The notes under the pieces were generated by a model that saw nothing but the letters and a program-made list of their open reading frames with translations, was not told the origin of the DNA and searched no databases. Below, piece by piece: positions 22,011 to 32,135 of a stretch of DNA of 64,000 nt (positions are counted from its first letter, which is position 1; the number at the start of each line of letters is the position of its first letter). Source of the stretch: Alphaproteobacteria bacterium (GTDB lineage Bacteria > Pseudomonadota > Alphaproteobacteria > MPNO01 > UBA830); the NCBI GenBank assembly GCA_964291215.2, contig OZ219790.1, positions 384,001-448,000 of the forward strand. Reading direction: 5' to 3'. Position numbers and translations under genes: made by a program.

Positions 22011-22310
22011 TCAGGCGGCCTCTCTCTCCAGCAGCTTCTGGCCCGGCTCCTTCGGTGTGCCGTCGCCGTTGACATACATGTAGAGCGTTGTCGTCGTGAT
22101 TCCGAGCCGGCGCGCGAGGTCCTGGGCATTGGTCTCACGCAACGCCATGGCGTTCATCGCCATCCGGAGCGGCGCGGTCCATCTTTCGCGGGCGTCCGCC
22201 CAGGCGTCCTCTCGCCCGCGCCGCGGCCAGGCCGGCCCGGGTGCGCTCGGCGATGAGCTCGCGCTCGAACTCCGCGAGTGATGCGAAAATCCCGAACACA
22301 GAGGATGAAG
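22011..22310 (-). pseudogene. Serine resolvase/invertase C-terminal remnant
   Basis: FASLAEFERELIAERTRAGLAAARARGRLGGRP followed by an HTH (LARRLGITTTTLY). N-terminus missing. Confidence 0.8.
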
Positions 22311-22526
22311 CGCTCCGGCATGCGATGGCGCATCGCCGGCGAGCAGGCCGTCCTCACCGTACGACCGTACGCGCCCTCATCAAATCCGGACGCTTCGACC
22401 GCGCATGGGAAATCCTCATGAGCGATGCCGATACCCCGGCCAACGACAACAACTGCACCGACTACGCCCCCAGGCGCACCGCATGAGCCCCATCAGCCGA
22501 CCGGTCCCGGCATCGCCATGTCAGAC

Positions 22527-24231
22527 TCACGCCCCTCCGGATGCCTTCTTTATCCATCCGAAATCGGAAACGTAGCTTTCTGCCTGCGGCAGAATCTGAT
22601 TCAGAACCTGACGGTGGCGAAGTACGATTCTCTCCGCTTCCAGTGCCTTGACCGCGTCCTCGGCCTTCCCTTCCTCGAGCCGTCGAATATCCACCTCGAT
22701 CTGCGCAATAAGACCAGCGAGTCCGTCCGCAACGTTCTCGAAGACGGGAGACGGAATTTCACCATCTCCTGCCTCCAGCACTGCAAGAATTGTAGACCTG
22801 TCTGCATCCAGGGCCTCTATGACTTCGAGCACCTGTTTGGATAGCGCCGGGTTCAGCCTCGTGAAGTGAGTCCGCACGGTCGTGTTCTCCGAAAGGAAAA
22901 TCCAGCCGGAGTTCCTTCAGTTCCCGAACGGACCGGTCGAGTCGGGCACTGGCCTTCTCGGCATCGCTGTGCGCCTGACTGGCCAGGAACTCCCAGAAGC
23001 GCCTGATGAGAGCCGCAGAGGCGGCATCGAGAGGTCTGTGGCACAACAGGCAATGATCGCCGTCGTGCGGATAATCGTCTCGTTCCCGGCGTGCCAACGT
23101 GTTGGCGGCGGCGAGAAATTGTTCCCACTCCGGCGTTCCGATGCTCTCGAAGAAATCCCGCCTGAATGCTTCCGCGCCTTCCGCCGCCACAAGGCGGGCC
23201 GTTTGACGGAACGCCGCGAGTTGAATTCGATAGGTCGCGCGCCTGTCTTCGGTCAGAGGCTTGCTGCTTTCCAGCAGGCGCCCTTGGAGCCCGACGATAT
23301 CCCGTTTTGCATCCTGCAGTTGCTTGACGGCTTCCGCGACCGATCTGGAACGCAGTTCTTTTATCTGCCGCTGAACCTCTTCCAGTCTCGCCGTCTCGGT
23401 TTCTCCGAACGTAGCCAGCAGGCGAAGCTCCGCGAGATCGGTCTCTGCATCCAGCCCGGCTACGAATTTGAAAACGGAGCTCTCCGGCGCCACAAAGCTG
23501 TTTATCAAGGCGTTGTCCCGGTCCCGGTGTGCAATCTCCGCCCCAAGTCGATTGCCAAGCTCGGTGTAGACTCGAGCCATCTCGGGAAACACGTCGAACC
23601 CAGCTGGCTTGAAACCGAGAGGACTTTGCTCCACCAGATGCGTGTGCGCCACAGCCGTATCGAACACGGCAATCCGCCTGAGTTCCGAATGCTACGTGGA
23701 GCCATCGAACTCAAAGACTGTCTCCTGCTGGGTACCGTCTGCGATGACAATCTTCGCAGCAGGCTCCCCCAGTGGATCCTCTTCATACACGTTCGGAAGA
23801 ATGGGATGTTGCATACGGCTGAAGCAGACGTTGGACAGAATTCGCGTATAGCCGCTCTTGCCGACGCCATTGCCGCCATAGATAACGGTGAGGGTCGGCG
23901 AAAAGCTCAGTTCTCCGCCCGCTGGCAGTGCGTTGATGGAACAGAGGTCGCCAATTCTCCGCAACCGGATTGGCATGGGAGCGACCTCGGCCGGCCGGCC
24001 CGAGATCTCCACCGACACCTCGGTCAGGGGATCGGACGCTTCGGCAAGGCCGTGATCCTGCAGAAACACTTGGTACACCCGCTCGATTTGTTCATCGCTG
24101 AGTCGCCCGATGCGGACGGTGTTGGCAAGCACAAACCGCTGCCACGGCTTGAACCCCTTGGCCCATCCATCGAGCTGACTCCAGATCGTGGCCCGCGGGT
24201 TCTGCGCCCCGGATTCCCGTTTCTCCGCCAT
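22527..24231 (-). pseudogene. SMC/Rad50-like AAA ATPase with zinc hook, disrupted
   Basis: Walker A GGNGVGKSG, coiled coil and CLLC hook. In-frame TAG at 23692-23694, frameshift at ~22890, C-terminal half absent. Confidence 0.8.
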
Positions 24232-25687
24232 ATTTTCCTTCTCACAATTCCGTCTCGTGACCGCGCCGGCTCATTGTTCGAAAATTGTCCCGGGGTATCT
24301 ACTCACCCCTAGTTGGGTTCTGATTGGTCGTGGTGCTCGTTGATGATGTCTGCGGCTTTTCCGTCGAGGGCGATCTGGGTTGCGACGTGATGATTGTAGC
24401 CGAGTGCGGCCATGGAGGTGAGGTAGCTTGAGCCCCGGCACCATGCTTTTGCGTGGAGCGGAAGCATCCGGACACCTTGAGCTTGACCTTTGCCATCCTG
24501 ATCTTCTGCTCTCCGGCATTGTTGGTGAAGCTGACGTCGGGGTCGTCTATGAAGCGCAGGTTTTCGTGTTTCACGAGACGTTCGTGCAGGTTGTGTGCGT
24601 CGGACTTTGCTATGCGTCCACGTTTTCCTTTCGTCGGGATGTCGGGCAGTTCCTTGGCGCCCTGAGTGAGGATGGTGCGGTAGCGCTTGTGCACGGCCCG
24701 GCGGTCGGCCTCGTTCAGGGTTTTGGATGCGCTCTTGTTGACCTTGTGGCAGACCTCGCGGAGCAGGCTCTTCATCAGTCGCGCCCAGCGGTAGCCGTTG
24801 GATTCGACGACAAAGGTCAGTTCGCGCAGCAGGTGGCTGCCGCACAGCTGGTGGCTACACTGGCCCATGTACGAGGCCCAGCAGTCGTGGACCAGGACGC
24901 CCCTGTAGCACGGGATGATGCCGATCTCTTGCCTCTCGGCCGCGCTTGCGGTGCGGGAACTTGCACGTCAGGGTTCCGTCGGTGACCACATGGAGCCACT
25001 TGCCGTTGATCCGAAATCGTCGACATCGGGCGTTGCAGGAGGTGCGCCACGGCGGCCTCCTCCCATGACGCGAGCGCATCGTGAAAGCGCCGGACATAGC
25101 TGAGGCAGGTTACCTCGGAGAGCTTGATGCCGGAGATCGCCTGCACGAGCGCGACGGCACGGCGCAGGGACAGCATCTGGGCGACCAGCAGGTTGATGAC
25201 GAGGGCCTGGATGCCGATGCCGTACTGCACGGGATGTTGTCGGGGAACCGGCCCCGGGCCTTGCACTTCGGGCATTCCTTGATCTCGGCGCGGCGCTCGA
25301 CGACCTCGAACACGATGTCGTAGAGGACGCGGCGCTCCCGATCGACGGGGCCGTCGATGTCGGCGCCGCAGGCGTCGCAAGCATCGACCGCGACCGTCTC
25401 CTCGACGATGATCTTGCGCAGGTTGTCGCCCATCTGCTGGTTTGGCTTCGGGCCCTTGCCGTTGCTCCCGGCACGCTCTCGTCTTTGTCCGTCTGTGACG
25501 GCGGCAGACCGGAGTTCCGGCTCGTGCGTGGTCTTCTCCAGAAGGACGACGATGAGGATGTCGAGCAGGATGACGAAGACGCGGATCACGGCCTCTTTCG
25601 GCACCTTGCCGGCCGCACGCAGCGCCGCGGTCCGGGTCTTGGCCGCTTCGAACTCCTCGCGCAGCGACGCCGCGTTGACCGTCGCCA

Positions 25688-25840
25688 TCACCCGGCCTCG
25701 ACGGTCATGATCGTCGCGAGCATCGCCTGGCGCTCGCCCGGCGGCATCTTCCGGTACTCCGCTGCCCGGCCTTGCGCTTCATCAGCGCGCCGCCTCCGAT
25801 GGCACAGCCCGCTCGTCGCCTTCGATCCAAAGTAGCTCAC
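25688..25840 (-). pseudogene. Internally deleted passenger gene, resembles N6-adenine methyltransferase termini
   Basis: SYFGSKATSGLC is joined directly to YRKMPPGERQAMLATIMTVEAG, immediately upstream of tnpC. Family assignment from recall only. Confidence 0.45.
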
Positions 25841-25876
25841 TGCCGGTCCCCGTCGTTCTCGATAACCACCACTAAA

Positions 25877-27739
25877 CCGAAGTTCCAGCACTGATCAGAC
25901 GTATCATTATGAATGTATTGACGTTTGAAAAAATCAGGTGTGTCGCTACTGGGAACGCTACAAGCGTACGCCGAGGTAGTCCAGGGCCTTTTTCTGGAGC
26001 GGCGTGGGCCGCGTGGTGACCTGGAAGGGTTGGGCGCCCGCAAGGCGGGGCGCCACGGTGTTGCGGGTGGCGAGATTGTCGATGAGGGTGGAGAAGCTGT
26101 GCCACCCCCGGGTGTCCTCTTGGTTGCCGCCTTGGCCCGGGCGCTCGCCGAGACCTCTGCTGGCGCCACGACGGAAGGGCGCCTTCGGCATCCTCGTCGT
26201 CGAACAGCATGGGCTTCAGTCGCATGTGCCATTCGATGTAGTAGGCGAGCATGCACAGGAAGACATGGGCCCGGGGCTCGGTGCGGTGGTAGACGGGACG
26301 GACCTTCAGATCCACGGTCTTCAGGCTGCGGAAGGCCCGTTCCACCGAACTCAACCGCTTGTAGGCGCGCACCGTGCCGGGACCGTCGAGCTCGCTCTGC
26401 GGCAGGCTGGTGCGGATCACGTAGAGGCCGTCGAGCCTAGCCTCGGCAGCGATCGCAGCCTCATCGCGCCCATAGGTGAAGACACCGTCATCGTCGATGG
26501 ACCACGTGAAGTGCTTCGCCATCTTGTACTTGCCGATGACCTTCCGCTCCCCGATCTTCCCGGCACCCTTGAGACGGCGCTTGTCGCGCCGTGTCGCTGC
26601 TGCGATCGGTTCAAGCAGGGCCTCGGTGGCCTCAAGCAGTTCCTGGCGCTTGCGAGCCCGATCTTCGGCCAGCAGCGGGTTGCAGCACACCATGAGGCGT
26701 TCGCCGGGATACGCATCGCTGGTGATCTCCACCAGGTCCCTCTCGTCGAAGAGCGACATCTCGACGTCGCCGGCCTCCACAAGGGCGCGGATGGCCGGTC
26801 CCCTCAAGGCGCTGATCCAGTCCAGGCCCGCAGGCTTCACCTCCTCGCGTATGCGCGCCTCGGTCAGCATCCCCCGGTCTCCCACCAGCACCACCTTCGC
26901 CAGGGAGAAGCGCTCCTGCAGCGTGGTGATCTGTGACGCAACCGTCCCGGGGTCCGCCGTGTTGCCGGGGAACACTTCCACCGACACCGGACAGCCGTCC
27001 CGATCGCACAGAAGGCCGGCTGCAGCTTGCCCTTCTTGCCGTCCCGGGAATGACCCCGTTTGGCCAAGGGACACCCCTCCATCCACACTGAAGTCAGGTC
27101 ATAGAGCACCAGGCAGCCCTCTTCGAGGCGCCGCTTCGCCAGGGACCGCTCGATCCTCTCCTGACGCTCCAAGAGCCAGGCGCCGTAGAGGGCGTCCTCG
27201 TCCATCTCCGCATCGAGGATCTCGCCCAGGGTGGAGACCGCTGTGGCCTCGGCCAGACCCCGTGCCGTGGCCAGCTTCGAAGCGGGCTCGAGGATGCGTG
27301 CCACGATCATGGCCAGGACCTGATCGCGCGAGGGCTTCGGGTCGATCAACCTGTCCAGCTTCTTCAGGGTTCCCAGCACCCCGGCGACATGGGGAAGGGA
27401 GCGGACGATGTCGAAGGCATCGTCACCGAGGGGTTCGTTCTTCAAGAGGCGCCGCAGGGTCTCGACCTTCTCCATGGGCCAGGAGGAGAGATTGGCGATG
27501 GTGCGCTTCTTGACCTTGCCGTTCTCGCGCCATCCTTCGCGCAGGAGGACGGCGGGGGGTGAGTTGCGGTTGGGGACGATGTCTACGTACATGGCAACCT
27601 ATATAGGGATGAAAGCTCAATTTATCAAGGGAAAAATTCATAATTACATGGGAACATTTTCACGTCATCATCGCCTTATCTTGTCAACACAATCAAGCAG
27701 TTGTCGTGATTTTTCTGCTGAAATCGGCGGGAACTTCGG
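25877..27739 (-). mobile_element. IS1634-family element copy A (frameshifted transposase)
   Basis: IRs CCGAAGTTCC/GGAACTTCGG; 6-bp TSD ACTAAA. Motifs LYDLTS, VGDRGM and VERAFRSLK. Confidence 0.92.
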
Positions 27740-27989
27740 ACTAAACGAATCGGCCTGCAGTGTCAAATCTCCACGAAAACCCGTTCGTTGCTCTACCCCG
27801 ACATCAAGCCAGAACCAGGGGGTGAGCAGTTACGTCCCGGGTACCGAAATCGCTGCGATTTGAGGCGGCCCCGGTTCGTCGTACAACCTAGCGATTGATA
27901 TTGTTTTCGTCCGTTTGACGGGCTTTTGTCAGGGGGGCCAGCGTCACCCGGAGCGGTTTCGCGTGCGGCTGGGCGGGATGCGCGGTGAG

Positions 27990-28320
27990 GTTGAGTGGGT
28001 ACTGGCGCCATGCCGTGTTTTCCGCTCCTTGCGGAGCGGGCAGAGCCAGATGTTCTTCTTCGGCTTGTCGGCCCTGTTGTGTCGGTCGTAGCGGCCGCGC
28101 CCTCTGGTTGTTCCGACGCGGATCCAGCCCGCGGTCTGGTAGACGCCGCCGCCGTGGCGCGGGACCTCGACCAAGGTCTCGCAGGGCACGGCCGTGGTGC
28201 CGTAGCGCTCGGTCCAGTCTCCATGCGGCGGTCGAGAAGCCGAGCATGGCCAGCGGTTCGCCGTTTCGGTCATGGACCGCGCAGCGCATCTGCGCGCTGC
28301 GCGCCGGCCAGGCGCGTATA
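27990..28320 (-). pseudogene. DUF4338 (DruA-like) domain remnant
   Basis: LAMLGFSTAAWRL and GGVYQTAGWIRVGTTRGRGRYDR..KNIWLCPL in shifted frames. Confidence 0.6.
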
Positions 28321-28329
28321 TCCGAGGTG

Positions 28330-28668
28330 GGGATCAGAAGTTTCCCCGGGCAGCCTTCTCGAGAATCTTCTTGTCCAACGCCAGATCGGAAACCGCCCGG
28401 CGCAGTCGCTCGTTCTCCTTCTCCAGATCCTTCAGGCGGCGCAGCCGATCGCCGTTCATCCCGGCATACTCTTTGCGCTACCGGTAGAAGGTGACCTCGC
28501 TGATCCCGACCCGTCGGATCGCCTCTGCCATCGACAGGTCCTGGCCGTGCAGCACCTCCACCTGCCGCAGCAGGAGGATGATCGGGTCCGGCTGGTAACA
28601 CTTTCTGGCCATGGTTGGCCCTCCTCATCCTGAACCTTAGGGTGAACCAGTTTCAGGGGGGCAGACCA
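28330..28668 (-). mobile_element. IS3-family remnant (orfA and left end)
   Basis: GISEVTFYR*RKEYAGM..RLKDLEKENERLRRAVSDLALDKKIL..GNF; end TGGTCTGCCCCC. Confidence 0.8.
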
Positions 28669-28695
28669 CTACCGTGCGGTGAAGCTCTTGGAGAC

Positions 28696-29973
28696 TAGTA
28701 GTCTGACATTATTGGATTGACGGATATAGTGACTTCAGTTTCGTCCGGGCATCCTTCGTCGTGAAACGCCAGTCGACAGTGACATCGGCCGCATTGCGGC
28801 GCTCGACCCACGCCACGGTCTCCCGCAGCATGGTGTCGCGGTCGGGAATGCGTCGCCGAAGGCATTGCCGCGACAGCGCGCCGCTCTCGATCTCGGCCAT
28901 GTTGAGCCAGCTTCCATGCTTCGGCGTATAGCGAAACTCGAACCGTTTTCGCACCCGCCTCTTCGGGCTCGAAGGCTTCATACAGTGACTGTGCGTGTTC
29001 AGATTGTCCAGCACGATCTTCCTGTCGGGGAAATGGTCGTCGGCAAGCTCCCGGATGAAGTGCGCCCAGTCCCGCGGCGGTCGGTGACTTTCACCGTGCG
29101 CCAGTTCTCGTTGGGCGCAAAGGCCATGAAGAGGTTGGCCGTACCGTTGCGCTCATATTCATAGTCGACCACCTCCGGCTGACCGGGAGACGGGGGATGC
29201 GGGTTTCCTTCGTCTGCTGCCGGCTGGTTTCATCCATGCACACCAGCACCTCGTCCTTGGCAAAGTCCCGCTGATAAATGTCAAGCACATCCGCCGCCAC
29301 GAACTGTGCGCTCCGGTGCGGTGGAATGCACCAGTACTGCTTCAGCCACGGCTTGATCTCCTTTTTTTTAGCGTCTTCCTGACCGTCTCTTCCGAAATGC
29401 TCTCGACGATCTCCATCTCCACCAGACGGCCGGCAAGCAGCTTCAGCGTCCAGCGGGCACAGCCCTCGGGCGGAGACGAACAGGGCGATCAGCTTCGCCT
29501 CCATCGCCCCGTCCAGCCGTTTCGGCCGACGGTTCACCTGCTCCTTGCGGCTGAGGGCGGCCTCCAGCCCCTCCAGGACGCAGCACTTGCGCAAGCGCTC
29601 AACCGTCGCCGTGCCGATGCCCAGCCCTTGCGCAATGTCGGCATCGACAAGCGCCGTCGCGCCCCTCAGCATCAGAACCTGTGCCCGGCGCCGACGCCAG
29701 GCGGCCCCGGTGCCGTCGACGATCGCCTTCAGATCCTGGCGCTCCTGCGCTGAAAGGGTCACGCGGTAGAGCTTCCTACCCCGAGAGTTGGCCATATACG
29801 TTGCTCCTGTCATTGCGCCGCTCCCGTTGTCCGGACCTGCACATGGGGCTGCGGCTGCCTGCCTGTTCTGTATCTTGCCCGTGTGGATATCGACACTGTC
29901 CGGATTCCAACAGATGCCGACACGGAAATACTACCCACCAAAAACCATCAATACAATGCCGGTGGGACTACTA
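28696..29973 (-). mobile_element. IS630-family element, degraded
   Basis: Ends TAGTAGTC/GACTACTA in CTAG context. Motifs VCMDE, LDNLNTH and YTPKHGSWLNMAE. Confidence 0.88.
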
Positions 29974-30263
29974 GGGGCGAGGCGGCCTTCGGCGCACCGC
30001 GGCGGCCACGGGGATGCACGGTGATCTCTCCGGCGTTTGCCACGGCGTGCCGGGACGATGCTGGCCTCGGGCACCAGCTCAACGAGCCTGTGCCCGGACG
30101 CGGGGCGTGTCGCACAGCACCTTCAACGAGAGCCTGCGGTCGGGTGTCATCAAGGCTCCGGTGATCGACGAACTCAACCAGACCAAGACGGTCTATCCGG
30201 GAACAAGCTTCCGCATCGTCTACGACATCAACGGCGCAACACTCCAAAATCGTCTCACTTAAC

Positions 30264-32102
30264 CCGAAGTTCCCGCCGATTTCAGCAGAAAAATCACGAC
30301 AACTGCTTGATTGTGTTGACAAAATAAGGCGATGATGACGTGAAAATGTTCCCATGTAATTATGAATTTTTCCCTTGATACATTGAGCTTTCATCCCTAT
30401 ATAGGTTGCCATGTACGTAGACATCGTCCCCAACCGCAACTCACCCCCCGCCGTCCTCCTGCGCGAAGGATGGCGCGAGAACGGCAAGGTCAAGAAGCGC
30501 ACCATCGCCAATCTCTCCTCCTGGCCCATGGAGAAGGTCGAGACCCTGCGGCGCCTCTTGAAGAACAAACCCCTCGGTGACGATGCCTTCGACATCGTCC
30601 GCTCCCTTCCCCATGTCGCCGCGGTGCTGGGAACCCTGAAGAAGCTGGACAGGCTGATCGATCCGAAGCCCTCGCGCGATCAGGTCCTGGCCATGATCGT
30701 GGCACGCATCCTCGAGCCGGCCTCGAAGCTGGCCACGGCTAGGGGGCTGGCCGAGGCCACAGCGGTCTCTACCCTGGGCGAGATCCTCGATGCGGAGATG
30801 GACGAGGACGCCCTCTACGGCGCCTGGCTCCTGGAGCGTCAGGAGAGGATCGAGCGGTCCCTGGCGAAGCGGCGCCTCGAAGAGGGCTGCCTGGTGCTCT
30901 ATGACCTGACTTCAGTGTGGATGGAGGGGTGTCCCTTGGCCAAACGGGGTCATTCCCGGGACGGCAAGAAGGGCAAGCTGCAGATCGAGTTCGGCCTCCT
31001 GTGCGATCGGGACGGCTGTCCAGTGTCGGTGGAAGTGTTCCCCGGCAACACGGCGGACCCCGGGACGGTTGCGTCACAGATCACCACGCTGCAGGAGCGC
31101 TTCTCCCTTGCGAAGGTGGTGCTGGTGGGAGACCGGGGGATGCTGACCGAGGCGCGGATACGCGAGGAGGTGAAGCCCGCAGGCCTGGACTGGATCAGCG
31201 CCTTGAGGGGCATCCGCGCCCTTGTGGAGGCCGGCGACATCGAGATGTCGCTCTTCGACGAGAGGGACCTGGTGGAGATCACCAGCGATGCGTATCCCGG
31301 CGAACGCCTCTGCCGCAACCCCCTGCTGGCCGAGGACCGGAAGCGCCAGGAACTGCTCGAGGCCACCGAGGCCCTGCTTGAACCGATCGCAGCAGCGACA
31401 CGGCGCGACAAGCGCCGTCTCAAGGGTGCCGGGAAGATCGGGGAGCGGAAGGTCATCGGCAAGTACAAGATGGCGAAGCACTTCACGTGGTCCATCGACG
31501 ACGACGGTGTCTTCACCTATGGGCGCGATGAGGCTGCCATCGCCGCCGAGGCCAGGCTCGACGGCCTCTACGTGATCCGCACCAGCCTGCCGCAGAGCGA
31601 GCTCGACGGTCCCGGCGCGGTGCGCGCCTACAAGCGGTTGAGTTCGGTGGAACGGGCCTTCCGCAGCCTGAAGACCGTGGATCTGAAGGTCCGTCCCCAC
31701 CGCCCCGGGCCCATGTCTTCCTGTGCATGCTCGCCTACTACATCGAATGGCACATGCGACTGAAGCCCATGCTGTTCGACGACGAGGATGCCGAAGGCGC
31801 CCTTCCGTCGTGGCGCCAGCAGAGGTCTCGGCGAGCGCCCGGGCCAAGGCGGCAACCAAGAGGACACCCGGGGGTGGCACAGCTTCTCCACCCTCATCGA
31901 CGATCTCGCCACCCGCAACACCGTGGCGCCCCGCCTTGCGGGCGCCCAACCCTTCCAGGTCACCACGCGGCCCACGCCGCTCCAGAAAAAGGCCCTGGAC
32001 TACCTCGGCGTACGCTTGTAGCGTTCCCAGTAGCGACACACCCGATTTTTTCAAACGTCAATACATTCATAATGATACGTCTGATCGGTGCTGGAACTTC
32101 GG
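30264..32102 (+). mobile_element. IS1634-family element copy B
   Basis: Same IRs as copy A; own 6-bp TSD CTTAAC. ORF starts at 30411 and frameshifts at ~31703. Confidence 0.92.
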
Positions 32103-32135
32103 CTTAACGTTGGACGAGGTCAGGGTGTTTGAAGT

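Larger units (their letters stand above)
24295..27833 (-). mobile_element. IS66-family element (degraded), interrupted by IS1634 copy A
   Basis: IRs GTATCTACTCACCCC (24295) and GTAACTGCTCACCCC (reverse complement, ending 27833); 8-bp TSD GTCCCGGG on both sides. tnpC fragments LCGSHLLREL and FTNNAGEQKIRMAKVKLKVSGCFR. Confidence 0.9.

Noticed and set aside
27990-28320. Druantia defence system
   Set aside because: Only a broken DUF4338 fragment among IS debris; no DruE helicase.
29974-30263. Gene remnant between IS630 and IS1634 B
   Set aside because: Appears to be an ORF cut by both insertions, but I cannot assign a family.
25877-32102. Composite transposon bounded by two inverted IS1634 copies
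   Set aside because: Each copy has its own matching TSD and copy A is nested inside IS66, so they are independent insertions.
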